NCBI GenBank assembly: GCA_041736175.1
Contig: JBGSUI010000218.1
Span: 1 to 64,000 of the forward strand
Source of the DNA: Oligoflexales bacterium
GTDB lineage: Bacteria; Bdellovibrionota_B; Oligoflexia; Oligoflexales; CAIYRB01
DNA length: 64,000 bases
Reading direction: 5' to 3'
The translations under genes and the position numbers were made by a program. How positions within the stretch are numbered: position 1 is the stretch's first letter; every line of letters starts with the position of its first letter. Positions 17,156-26,000 of this stretch are shown here, piece by piece. The notes beneath the pieces were generated by a model. The model was not told where the DNA came from. It worked only from the letters and a program-made list of their open reading frames with translations, and did not search any database.

Positions 17156-18732
17156 GCTGGCAGCCCCCCTAAATCGCGCAAGAGTTGATAGGTGTAAATT
17201 CCTGTGCTATGGCCATCATTAAACCAAATCTGGACAGCATAGGAACCCACTGATTTTAGCTTGACGGGCCTCACCGTATCGGAGACTTGTTCGGGTCGCA
17301 GTCGTTTTTCGCCACTCCACTCGTCGATACAACTTGCACAGGGGCAACTGTGCCTTAATTTCACCACATCTAGCCTCGAAATGCTTTGATCAGTCCATTG
17401 GATCTCTAGTTGACGAGCCCCCCGCTGTTTGATTTCAAGAACCCTTAGATCTACAGATTTACCACTCCCAAGGGGTTTGTTGCTAGGGTGGCTCTGCCCC
17501 TTGAAGTCGGTGGGGATAGATTCCCCACCTTCAGCCTCTGCTCCAGACGCTGGCTCTACTTGCCAAGTCAGCTCAAATCCATCAAGCCCTCGGGACGACC
17601 CAAGTCGTTCCGCCTCCATAATGGCAACCCTACGTACCAACACCCCCGTCGCCTCCTGGTAGGCCTTAGCCGCGGGAGACTCCTGGCGTTGTAGGACCTG
17701 GGGCGTCCCCTCGTCGCCGCCGATGACCACCGTGGGATCCATGGGAATTTGGCCCAAAAGAGTTACCCCATATTCGCGGCTTAACTTTTCGCCACCACCC
17801 GACCTAAAGATGTCATGCTTTTTGTCGCAGCCATCGCAGATAAAGTACGACATGGTTTCAATCACACCTAGGATCGGCACTTTCAGGGTTTTAAACATAT
17901 CCAGAGCTTTTCGAACATCGATCAGCGAGACCTCCTGGGGAGTCGTAACCACCACCGCACCCGTTAAGACCGCTGTTTGGGAGATGGTGAGCTGGATATC
18001 TCCAGTCCCTGGAGGGTAATCGATGATGAGATAATCTAGCTCGCCCCATTCTACTTGGGTCAAAAACTGCTTCACCACCCCCCCCGCCATCGGGCCCCTC
18101 AGGATCGAAGCGCGCGCATCCGGCGCAAACATCCCCAAGGACACCACCTTGATTCCATCGGCGGTCGGAGGAATCATCTTTTGTTCGACAGAGTGGGCAG
18201 ACTCAGTAAGAACCGTCCCCCTTAACATCTGGGGTAAGGAGGGGCCATAGACGTCCGCATCTAAAAGCCCCACTTTTGCACCACTTTTTGCCAAAGAGTA
18301 GGCGAGATTGACCGCTGTCGTCGACTTTGCGACACCTCCTTTGCCGCTGGCTACGGCGATCAGATGGCGCACATTGGCTAAGGCCGACACCTGTGCGTTG
18401 GTCGTCGCCTCGACAGCCTTGGTCCCGGTCACGACCCGCTGCTTGGCGGTCATCGTAACGTCGACTTCCGTCACGCCGGGAAGGTCTTTGATCACCTGTT
18501 CGCACTGGGTTTTGAGTTGTTCTTTGACGGGACAAGCGGGGGTTGTGAGGTTAACCACCACTGAGACCTGACCCCCGCTGATCACGACGCTGGTGACAAA
18601 CCCCAGAGTCACTATATCTTGGTGCAGGTCCGGGTCTTGGACTTTGGAAAGGGCCTGCCGCACCAGGGCTTCCGTCACCGGAGGTTGGCCTTCGCCACGG
18701 ATTTTGTTTCGAAGGGACGCGATAAGGTTCAT
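17152..18732 (-). CDS. apbC: Mrp/ApbC/NBP35 Fe-S carrier ATPase with N-terminal DUF59 and C-terminal DUF971-like domain
   Basis: DPDL..DIV.LG and TTPACP (DUF59); SGKGGVAKS, DADVYGPS, PPGTGD, CDGC; C-terminal LR..CPCA.C...GH..GIY. The start at 18732 is coupled to the trxB stop. Confidence 0.9.
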   Translation of the reverse strand: MNLIASLRNKIRGEGQPPVTEALVRQALSKVQDPDLHQDIVTLGFVTSVVISGGQVSVVVNLTTPACPVKEQLKTQCEQVIKDLPGVTEVDVTMTAKQRVVTGTKAVEATTNAQVSALANVRHLIAVASGKGGVAKSTTAVNLAYSLAKSGAKVGLLDADVYGPSLPQMLRGTVLTESAHSVEQKMIPPTADGIKVVSLGMFAPDARASILRGPMAGGVVKQFLTQVEWGELDYLIIDYPPGTGDIQLTISQTAVLTGAVVVTTPQEVSLIDVRKALDMFKTLKVPILGVIETMSYFICDGCDKKHDIFRSGGGEKLSREYGVTLLGQIPMDPTVVIGGDEGTPQVLQRQESPAAKAYQEATGVLVRRVAIMEAERLGSSRGLDGFELTWQVEPASGAEAEGGESIPTDFKGQSHPSNKPLGSGKSVDLRVLEIKQRGARQLEIQWTDQSISRLDVVKLRHSCPCASCIDEWSGEKRLRPEQVSDTVRPVKLKSVGSYAVQIWFNDGHSTGIYTYQLLRDLGGLPA

Positions 18733-19664
18733 CAGTGTAATGCCTCCAGATAGCGAATGGCTTGCATGCCTGCCTGGCATCCCATCCCCGCCGCTGTAAT
18801 CGCCTGGCGATAGGTATGATCGGCAATATCACCAGCGGCAAAGACGCCGGGGATTTCAGTTTTGATTCCCTCCCTAACCAAAATATAACCATTTTCATCG
18901 GTTTTTAGATACTCGCGAAAGATGCCGCTGTTAGGCGTATGGCCAATGGCCATCCACAGCCCGTCCACCGTTAGGTTTTCCCGGGCCCCGGTCGTCTCAT
19001 GCTGGAGGATGACTCCCGTCAGCCCCATCTGGTTTGCGACCGTATCGACCACCTGATAGGGGGTTTTCAGGACGATCTTGGGGTTATTTTTGACCCGCTC
19101 AATCATCGTATGGGAGGCGCGGAAGGCTGGGCGGCGATGGATCAAGAACACTTCCGAACAGAGTTTTGCCAGGTAGGAGGCTTCTTCCATGGCAGAATCC
19201 CCCCCGCCCACCACGGCGGCTTTCTTGCCTTTAAAGAAAAATCCATCACAGGTGGCACAGGTCGAAATCCCGCGGCCCATAAGGCTAGATTCATTGGGTA
19301 GTTTGAGGGTTTTAGCACTGGCACCGGTTGCGATGATCACGGTTTTAGCTTGGATCACCTCTTCGTCGCTCCACAAACGAAAGGGGTGGGGTGGGCGAGG
19401 GGTTAAGTCGACCTTGGTGATTTCTTCGTAAAGGATCTGCGCGCCAAGACGCTCTGCCTGGGCCGACATATCGCTCATCAGGACTGGACCCATAATGGGC
19501 TCTTTAAACCCTGGAAAATTTTCCACCTCGGTCGTGGTCGTCAACTGACCACCGTGCTGAAGACCCGCAAACACTGCTGTTTTAAAACCGCCGCGGGTCG
19601 CATAGATAGCTGCCGTGAGCCCTGCGGGCCCTGAGCCAATCACCACCACATCATATTCGCGCAT
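18732..19664 (-). CDS. trxB: Thioredoxin-disulfide reductase
   Basis: GSGPAG, CATCD and GGGDSA motifs. Confidence 0.97.
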   Translation of the reverse strand: MREYDVVVIGSGPAGLTAAIYATRGGFKTAVFAGLQHGGQLTTTTEVENFPGFKEPIMGPVLMSDMSAQAERLGAQILYEEITKVDLTPRPPHPFRLWSDEEVIQAKTVIIATGASAKTLKLPNESSLMGRGISTCATCDGFFFKGKKAAVVGGGDSAMEEASYLAKLCSEVFLIHRRPAFRASHTMIERVKNNPKIVLKTPYQVVDTVANQMGLTGVILQHETTGARENLTVDGLWMAIGHTPNSGIFREYLKTDENGYILVREGIKTEIPGVFAAGDIADHTYRQAITAAGMGCQAGMQAIRYLEALH

Positions 19665-19869
19665 GGAGAGTCCTTTACTTTTTAGATCGCTCGGGTATGT
19701 TGCCTAGCTCGCCTTTTCGCGCCAGAGACACCCACCCGCCAGGCATAGACCAGGGAATCTAGCTCATCTGGGGATTTTTCGCCAAATCTTCCCAAAGTCC
19801 ACTTTGGGTTTTACTTTTTACTGTATAATGGGGAGACCAGCTCCAATCCCAGACTCACCGAGGCACCCC

Positions 19870-21420
19870 ATGACTTACTACCAACCCAATTCCTTTCGGT
19901 TCCCCTTTGGAAAAGATCTCTTGCCCTTAATGGGACTCACGGTGGTTATGGTGGGGAGCCTCCTGATCGCAAATTCCTTGGGCGCAGCATCCGCATCCCA
20001 AAAAAACTCTCTCCAAGAACTCACCCAAAACTCTTCCCAGCTCCAAAAAATCTCCCAGGGGATTCTAGTTACAAGGATTCGGGACCACAAAACCCTGTTT
20101 GAGAAAAACCCCGACATCCTACTTTCTCCCGCCTCTGTGACCAAAGTAGCAACCTCGGCAGCGGCGTTGGCTAAGTTTTCGCCTATAGGGACCTTTAAGA
20201 CCCGTTTTTATCGCAGCGGCCCCCTTAAAAACGGGGTCCTCCAGGGACATCTCGTCGTCGTAGGAGATGGTGATCCACTGCTTATCTCTGAGAAGTTGTG
20301 GCAGATGGCTGCGGACTTTAAAAACATGGGGATTCGAGAAATCACCGGAAGTCTTATCGTCGACCAGAGTCTCTTTGACCAAGAGACCCGAGACGAAGGC
20401 CGTCTCGGAACCGCCAAAGCCACCCGCAATGCCTATGATGCCCCGATCACAGCACTTGGGGTCAACTTTAATTCCATTGCCCTCACCGTCTCCCCTGGGG
20501 AGTCACCAAACCAAAATGCCCTATTAGGTCTCGATCCCTACCTGCTCCACCATGTCCAGATCCAGGGCCAGGTCCAAACAGGAGGATCCCAGACTGCTAA
20601 GGCTATCCAAGTCAAACGGAGCTTAGATGGGACGGGGACCCTAGAAGTCCTGACAGCGACAGGCTCGATCCCCCAGGACGAGGGGATCGCCAAGATCTAC
20701 CGCTCGGTGAGCAATCCGACCTTGACCTCAGGGGAAACTATTAAAGCGTTTCTTAAAAAAGAAGGTGTGATCGTTAAGGGTCCGGTAAAATCCGGTATCA
20801 GACCGAAAGACTCTGAGCTTCTCTACGAGCTCGAAAGCTACGAGATGCGACGTCTCGTTTCTGGACTAAACACTTTTTCTAACAACTACATTGCCGATGT
20901 CCTCGTCAAACGGATGGGTGCGGAGTTTCCTCCTAAGGGAGCCCCCCTTGCCGCCGGTCAGGGGAGCTATGCTAACGGACTGCACGTTCTAAAGGATTTT
21001 TTAGTCAACCAGGTCGGGATCAAAGGCGCCTTCCAACTGGAAAACGGCTCTGGCCTAGACACAGACAACCGCCTGTCTCCTCGGCAGGTCGTAGATATCC
21101 TCCTCTTCATGGAACGACGTATGGATCTTTTCCCCGATTTTCTCGCTAGCCTCCCTGCCACGGGGTGGGATGGAACGATGAAAAAGCGGTTTAAGGACAA
21201 AGATATCGTCGACCTCAAAGGAATGTTTCGGGCCAAGACGGGGACTCTCACGGAGCCCCTGATGGTCTCGGCGCTGGCAGGATATTTTCGCCACGACCAG
21301 CATGGTTGGGTGGCTTTTTGTGTGATCGAAAACGGCAAGGCTGGGACCCAACAGCCTCCTATCGTAGACGCAAGAAAGCGCCAGGACAGCATCCTCGCGG
21401 CAATGCTGCACGAGCTTTAA
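19870..21420 (+). CDS. dacB: D-alanyl-D-alanine carboxypeptidase/endopeptidase PBP4 (S13)
   Basis: PASVTK, SNN, ENGSGL and KTGTL motifs. Start approximate. Confidence 0.93.
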   Translation: MTYYQPNSFRFPFGKDLLPLMGLTVVMVGSLLIANSLGAASASQKNSLQELTQNSSQLQKISQGILVTRIRDHKTLFEKNPDILLSPASVTKVATSAAALAKFSPIGTFKTRFYRSGPLKNGVLQGHLVVVGDGDPLLISEKLWQMAADFKNMGIREITGSLIVDQSLFDQETRDEGRLGTAKATRNAYDAPITALGVNFNSIALTVSPGESPNQNALLGLDPYLLHHVQIQGQVQTGGSQTAKAIQVKRSLDGTGTLEVLTATGSIPQDEGIAKIYRSVSNPTLTSGETIKAFLKKEGVIVKGPVKSGIRPKDSELLYELESYEMRRLVSGLNTFSNNYIADVLVKRMGAEFPPKGAPLAAGQGSYANGLHVLKDFLVNQVGIKGAFQLENGSGLDTDNRLSPRQVVDILLFMERRMDLFPDFLASLPATGWDGTMKKRFKDKDIVDLKGMFRAKTGTLTEPLMVSALAGYFRHDQHGWVAFCVIENGKAGTQQPPIVDARKRQDSILAAMLHEL

Positions 21421-21475
21421 TTTCGGGAGAATTCCTTTAAAGGCTTCGGATCAGGCTACTGGATGGTAGGCTCCT

Positions 21476-22138
21476 TCAGCACTTGCAGCTACAGCCACCT
21501 TTTCCATCAACCCAACCAGGGGCACCTGCCTTACAGGATCCGCCGTTTTCCGTGATCCATCCCCAGCCGCTGTTGCAAGTGGCTCCAACATCGCAGCTAT
21601 GATACGCTGGATCGGGAGAGGGAGTCGGAGCTTGGGGATAAGGTACTTCTGGCCCTGGTGGCTGTGTTGTCCCCGAAGAGGGATCAGCCTGAACAACGAC
21701 CGGGGTCGGGGTCACAGGTTGAGTACTCACTGGAGGAGGAGTCGTCGCAAGCTGATGGGTTATGTAAAACTCACCAGAAATGCTCAGCGTCCCTTGGTTG
21801 TATTGAACGGATGTTCCACCTTGCCTGGATCTATAGAGTTCTCCTGGTTGGGCTAGCCAAGTCTTTGATGAATCTACAGTGGATTGAAACATCGAGATCA
21901 CGCAGTTTTGGTCAAAAATCAGGTCGGCAGGCTTTTCGACGCTGATGGCTTTTGACTGCACCGGGTCTATGCGGTCGATAGGGACTTGTAGGGTCTTGCC
22001 GTTACAAGTGATCGACAGAAGGGCATTCAAGGGACCGGCATCATTGAGTTCTGATTCCATGTTTAGATCATTACTGCAAGCGATGAAACCGTTTAAAACG
22101 CCAATCAGAAAGATCGCTGATAATAATTTGATCGACAT
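21476..22138 (-). CDS. Lipoprotein with Pro/Thr linker and C-terminal Cys-rich CBM10-like module
   Basis: GAGG RBS, lipobox FIAC, PT-rich linker, and C....C.SGWGW..ENG.SC tail. Confidence 0.65.
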   Translation of the reverse strand: MSIKLLSAIFLIGVLNGFIACSNDLNMESELNDAGPLNALLSITCNGKTLQVPIDRIDPVQSKAISVEKPADLIFDQNCVISMFQSTVDSSKTWLAQPGELYRSRQGGTSVQYNQGTLSISGEFYITHQLATTPPPVSTQPVTPTPVVVQADPSSGTTQPPGPEVPYPQAPTPSPDPAYHSCDVGATCNSGWGWITENGGSCKAGAPGWVDGKGGCSCKC

Positions 22139-22169
22139 GATGATTCCTCGATTTAGGATGTTTATCGAT

Positions 22170-22883
22170 TTATTGACAGATGTTAATCGGACATGCCACA
22201 ACATTTGCGTTAAGTCGGATTTCGTAGATTATTTCGGGAGTTTTGACAGGTGGATTTGAATCTGTCCCAATCACTGTGCTCGTCGCACTATTTGTTGAAC
22301 TACCTGTGGCACTTCCTGTTTGGTTTGTTGGCTTAAACTGCCCGGTAGTCGTAGTCGATGGGGGAGGTGTGGTGGCCCCAATTTCTACATATTGAGGTAT
22401 TAGCTCTAAGTCTAGGGTCAAAATTCCAGAGGGGCCTTTCACGGGCCTCTTGGCCTCTGATCTAAGGTAGACTCCTTTTTCGCCGCTAAAGGAACTGACT
22501 TGGCTGTTGTTGGGATCACCGGTGCCTTGGAGATAGCAGCTATCGTCGGCATTGAGTGACGTAGGTGTAAACTCAAAGTTCATCTGGCTCCCTGTGGTGG
22601 TCGCTCCACCATTTTTGGGGATACCCGTGGCAGCGAGTCTAAAGTTATCTCCACTTTTTCCACAATAGAGTTGATAAGTAAGATTTGACCCTAGTGCTTG
22701 AGAATTTAAATCCATCACCACCGATTCGGAGCTACCTTGATTCCTGCCTTCGATGTTACCTTGCCGTTGCACGCATGCTGTGAGCAGGCAAAAGCTGATA
22801 AATCCAGCGAGATAAATACCCACCGTCGAGGTCGACACCGATGACTTATGATTCTTCATATGTTTTTGAAATTCCATAGACAT
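22170..22883 (-). CDS. Hypothetical lipoprotein with Thr/Ser-rich tail
   Basis: Lipobox LTAC; layout similar to the downstream gene. Confidence 0.65.
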   Translation of the reverse strand: MSMEFQKHMKNHKSSVSTSTVGIYLAGFISFCLLTACVQRQGNIEGRNQGSSESVVMDLNSQALGSNLTYQLYCGKSGDNFRLAATGIPKNGGATTTGSQMNFEFTPTSLNADDSCYLQGTGDPNNSQVSSFSGEKGVYLRSEAKRPVKGPSGILTLDLELIPQYVEIGATTPPPSTTTTGQFKPTNQTGSATGSSTNSATSTVIGTDSNPPVKTPEIIYEIRLNANVVACPINICQ

Positions 22884-22958
22884 CTTTCTGTTTAATTAAA
22901 AACAAAAAACTGGTGTTAATAATAAAAAACTGTAACTCGTAAAATCTACAGTAAATGC

Positions 22959-22975
22959 TGCGAAAACTGTGCCTA
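22959..22975 (-). promoter_or_regulatory. sigma54-like promoter
   Basis: TAGGCACAGTTTTCGCA (GG-N10-GC). Confidence 0.5.
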
Positions 22976-23320
22976 AAAACCCGTCAAAGTTTTTTTCATG
23001 TTTACAGAGAGTTAACACCTGACTGATTTTTGATCGTAAAGTCTTACGACAATTTTTATCGAAAATCGCCAAAAAGTTGCTCGGTCAATCAATTGTTACC
23101 TAGCCTCCTAGTTTTCTAGCCAAGAATTTTATAAAATCAAGATGGCTCTCTCTACTGCTGAAACTTGACGAGATGACTGGCTTTTGTTATCAATGAAGTC
23201 ATGGCCTGTGATGCAAAAATGGGTTGATGGCTTTATTTGGGCTGAATTAGCCACTGGCCCAAGGGCAAACTGATCAGCGCTGAAACTCCCGTGACGCTTA
23301 CCGCCTGCTTCTAAAGTCCA

Positions 23321-23851
23321 TTAAAATATCTTTTCCCCTTTATTATATGTAGACAGTTCAAGAGTTTTCATCGGTAAAAACAGTGCCAAATGATTTTGTT
23401 TAAAAGAAATAAATCCAAACTTGTTGTAGAATGATTTGGCGCGTTCATTTTTGGCATCGACAAGTATAAATGAAAACCCAGGGGATCTATCTGACTGATA
23501 AAGAGGAAGCGCCAAATCATAAAGGATGTGAGCGAGAATAGCTGATCCCGTTCCGCCCATCTGAAAGCGTTTATCGACACCCAACCTTGCAAGCCGTATA
23601 GCGGGTATAGGATAGTTAGGTAGACCAGCGGCCTCTTTCGGATCGATGTCGGACTTTTTAAAAGAGGCCATATTCCAACAAAAAAAGCCTACCAAAGGGT
23701 TTTCCTTCGTATAAGCCACTGAACATTTTGAAATTCCGATTTTATGATTTTTAATTGCGTATTTCTTAAAGTAGTCGTTAAGTTCCTTGTTGTCGCAATC
23801 AAAAGTCGATGTTTTCACTTTAGCATCTATCGGCTTGAACAAAATATTCAA
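23321..23851 (-). CDS. GNAT acetyltransferase toxin (TacT/AtaT type)
   Basis: FDC...LN.Y, P.YPIPA..LARLGVD and VDAKNE.A..FY..FGF motifs. Confidence 0.92.
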   Translation of the reverse strand: MNILFKPIDAKVKTSTFDCDNKELNDYFKKYAIKNHKIGISKCSVAYTKENPLVGFFCWNMASFKKSDIDPKEAAGLPNYPIPAIRLARLGVDKRFQMGGTGSAILAHILYDLALPLYQSDRSPGFSFILVDAKNERAKSFYNKFGFISFKQNHLALFLPMKTLELSTYNKGEKIF

Positions 23852-23862
23852 AATACACCCAC

Positions 23863-24141
23863 TTACTTTTTCGCTTTTTTACTTTTATGCCTTTTATAGA
23901 GAGCTATAAGATTGTCATTGGGTTCCGGTGGATTGTTGAGACGATCTATCAGATCATCCCAATCCTGATTGGATAGCAAAAATTGTTGTTCCTTTACAAT
24001 TATTTCCTTGGCAGCGCGAAGGATCTCCGATCGCATAAAGGACGCAACGGACAATCCGAGTACCTGCGCTGCTTTCTCGATTACCCGCAGATCTTTTTCT
24101 GGGTATGTTGCTTCAATTCTTCTTTTTTGTAACGTACCCAT
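23863..24141 (-). CDS. DUF1778 RHH antitoxin (TacA/AtaR type)
   Basis: IEKAA..LG.S...F...A...LS..DW.....L.NPPEPN motif, upstream of the GNAT gene. Confidence 0.92.
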   Translation of the reverse strand: MGTLQKRRIEATYPEKDLRVIEKAAQVLGLSVASFMRSEILRAAKEIIVKEQQFLLSNQDWDDLIDRLNNPPEPNDNLIALYKRHKSKKAKK

Positions 24142-24183
24142 CGGTTGTTGTCCCTCCGTTGCATGTTTAAGATCCTTACAGTG

Positions 24184-24210
24184 TCATCGGAATTTTCAGG
24201 GTAAAATTTA
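24184..24210 (-). promoter_or_regulatory. sigma28-like promoter upstream of the TA operon
   Basis: TAAA-N15-TCCGATGA. Confidence 0.55.
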
Positions 24211-24257
24211 CCTAAACCTGTAACAGGCTGTTATTATTATAGCACATACGTGCCATT

Positions 24258-24292
24258 TCCGGTAATATACCGGACGTGAGTCTTTCGTGCAA
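24258..24292 (-). promoter_or_regulatory. sigma70 promoter with overlapping palindromic operator (TA autoregulation)
   Basis: TTGCAC-N17-TATATT; the -10 lies inside TCCGGTA-ATA-TACCGGA (24258-24274). Confidence 0.6.
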
Positions 24293-24463
24293 GTAAAATG
24301 CCATCTTAGCAGCAATGCCCGACGCCACTCCTTCACAAAAAAGGTGATTGATTACCCTATCACTTCGTGCCAGGCGAGTTTTTTGACGTCAATCCAGGCA
24401 AAAGGCGTCGGGATGGACTCTTAAATATTTTGCTGCTACTGTACCCCCAACTTTGATAGTGTG

Positions 24464-24492
24464 AATATCCTATGCTTATAGCATAGGATATT
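24464..24492. repeat. Perfect 13-bp inverted repeat
   Basis: AATATCCTATGCT-TAT-AGCATAGGATATT. Confidence 0.85.
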
Positions 24493-24534
24493 AGAATTAC
24501 GTCTAGATTTACTCAAGCTACATCGAGTTCCCCA

Positions 24535-25989
24535 ATGCCCAAAACTCTAGAGGTCCCACAAATCATCCAGCACTTGAAAAGTATGGTGGGCGAAGCCTAT
24601 GTCCTATCTGACCCCAAAGATCTTGAAACCTATGGCCAAGACTGGACCCGTCTGCACACTCCCCAGCCCACGGCTATCGTAAAACCTAAGACCACCCTCG
24701 AAGTCGCCGCCATCGTCCGCTACTGTGCGGACCATCAGATTGCGCTGGTGCCGAGTGGGGGACGGACCGGTCTTGCGGGCGGGGCTGTCGCCCAACATGG
24801 CGAAATCGTGGTGTCCTTAGACCGGATGAATCACATCGAAAAGGTCGATCCTATCGGGTTGACGATTTCTGTCGAGGCGGGAGTCACCACCCAGCAGGTC
24901 CAAGAAGCCGCCCAAGATGCCGGCTTGTTTTTCCCCTTGGACCTGGCAGCTAAAGGCACCAGTCAGATCGGCGGAAATATAGCTACCAACGCTGGGGGAG
25001 TCAAATTTATCCGCTTTGGAGGCATGAGGGAGCAGGTCTTAGGGCTAGAAGTGGTCTTGCCGACGGGTGAGATCTTAGACATGAACTCCGGAATCCGCAA
25101 AAACAACACAGGCTATGACCTAAAACAACTCTTTATCAGTGCCGAGGGCACCTTGGGGATCATCACCAAGGCGACCCTTAAACTGGCGCCTCCCCCCAAA
25201 AATGCCCAAGTAGCCCTTATGGCCGTCCAGGAATTTAAGACGATCCCTAAGATCCTGTCCCGGATCCACCTGACCGGCGCTTCCGTGACCGCATGTGAGT
25301 TTTTTACAAAAACGGCCCATGAAATCGTGCTGCGCCATAGCCGAGGTGCTAAATCCCCCTTTGAGCAGCTTTACCCTTTTTATATGCTCCTTGAGCTGGA
25401 AGAAGGGCCCACCCCACGCCGTAGCCCCGACGACTCAAGCATTATGGAGACGGTGCTAGAAAGTCTGCTTAACGACGAACTCATCCTCGATGCGACCGTT
25501 GCATCGACTCCGGCCCAGTCTAAAGAACTTTGGAGCCTGCGGGAAAACATCACCGAAAGCATTGCAGTCCACGGGCATGCCCGCAAAAACGACATCTCCC
25601 TCGCTGTAGCTGATCTCGATCCATTTATCGAAAAGCTTTCGACCCTGCTTGCTGAGATTCGCACCGGTCCCCTCCAAAAAGAGGCTGAAAAGATCGAGCT
25701 GGTCCTCTTTGGGCATATTGGCGATGGCAACCTCCATATCAACTACGTCACCCCAAAGTCCGAGCCTTTTAAAGATTTCCAGGATAAAGCCCGGAAAATC
25801 GAGGAAAAAGTCTTTGCCTTGCTGCCTGCCTTTCACGGTTCGATCAGCGCCGAGCATGGGATCGGCTTAACCAAGAAAAAAGATCTTCATTTTTCGCGGA
25901 CACCAGCCGAAATCGAGATCATGCGTCATATAAAAAAACTGTTTGATCCAAAAAACATTATGAATCCCGGAAAAATCTTTGATCTGTAG
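24535..25989 (+). CDS. FAD-binding oxidoreductase (D-2-hydroxyglutarate/D-lactate dehydrogenase family)
   Basis: GGRTGLAGG, ATNAGG, KNNTGYDL, GHIGDGNLH and SAEHGIG motifs. Confidence 0.92.
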   Translation: MPKTLEVPQIIQHLKSMVGEAYVLSDPKDLETYGQDWTRLHTPQPTAIVKPKTTLEVAAIVRYCADHQIALVPSGGRTGLAGGAVAQHGEIVVSLDRMNHIEKVDPIGLTISVEAGVTTQQVQEAAQDAGLFFPLDLAAKGTSQIGGNIATNAGGVKFIRFGGMREQVLGLEVVLPTGEILDMNSGIRKNNTGYDLKQLFISAEGTLGIITKATLKLAPPPKNAQVALMAVQEFKTIPKILSRIHLTGASVTACEFFTKTAHEIVLRHSRGAKSPFEQLYPFYMLLELEEGPTPRRSPDDSSIMETVLESLLNDELILDATVASTPAQSKELWSLRENITESIAVHGHARKNDISLAVADLDPFIEKLSTLLAEIRTGPLQKEAEKIELVLFGHIGDGNLHINYVTPKSEPFKDFQDKARKIEEKVFALLPAFHGSISAEHGIGLTKKKDLHFSRTPAEIEIMRHIKKLFDPKNIMNPGKIFDL

Positions 25990-26000
25990 ATAGGATCCTT

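Noticed and set aside
23263..23300. GGGCAAAC...GAAA...GACGC resembling a c-di-GMP-I riboswitch
   Set aside because: The bases flanking GAAA do not pair, GCAAAG and P3 are absent, and it points at the 3' end of a convergent gene.
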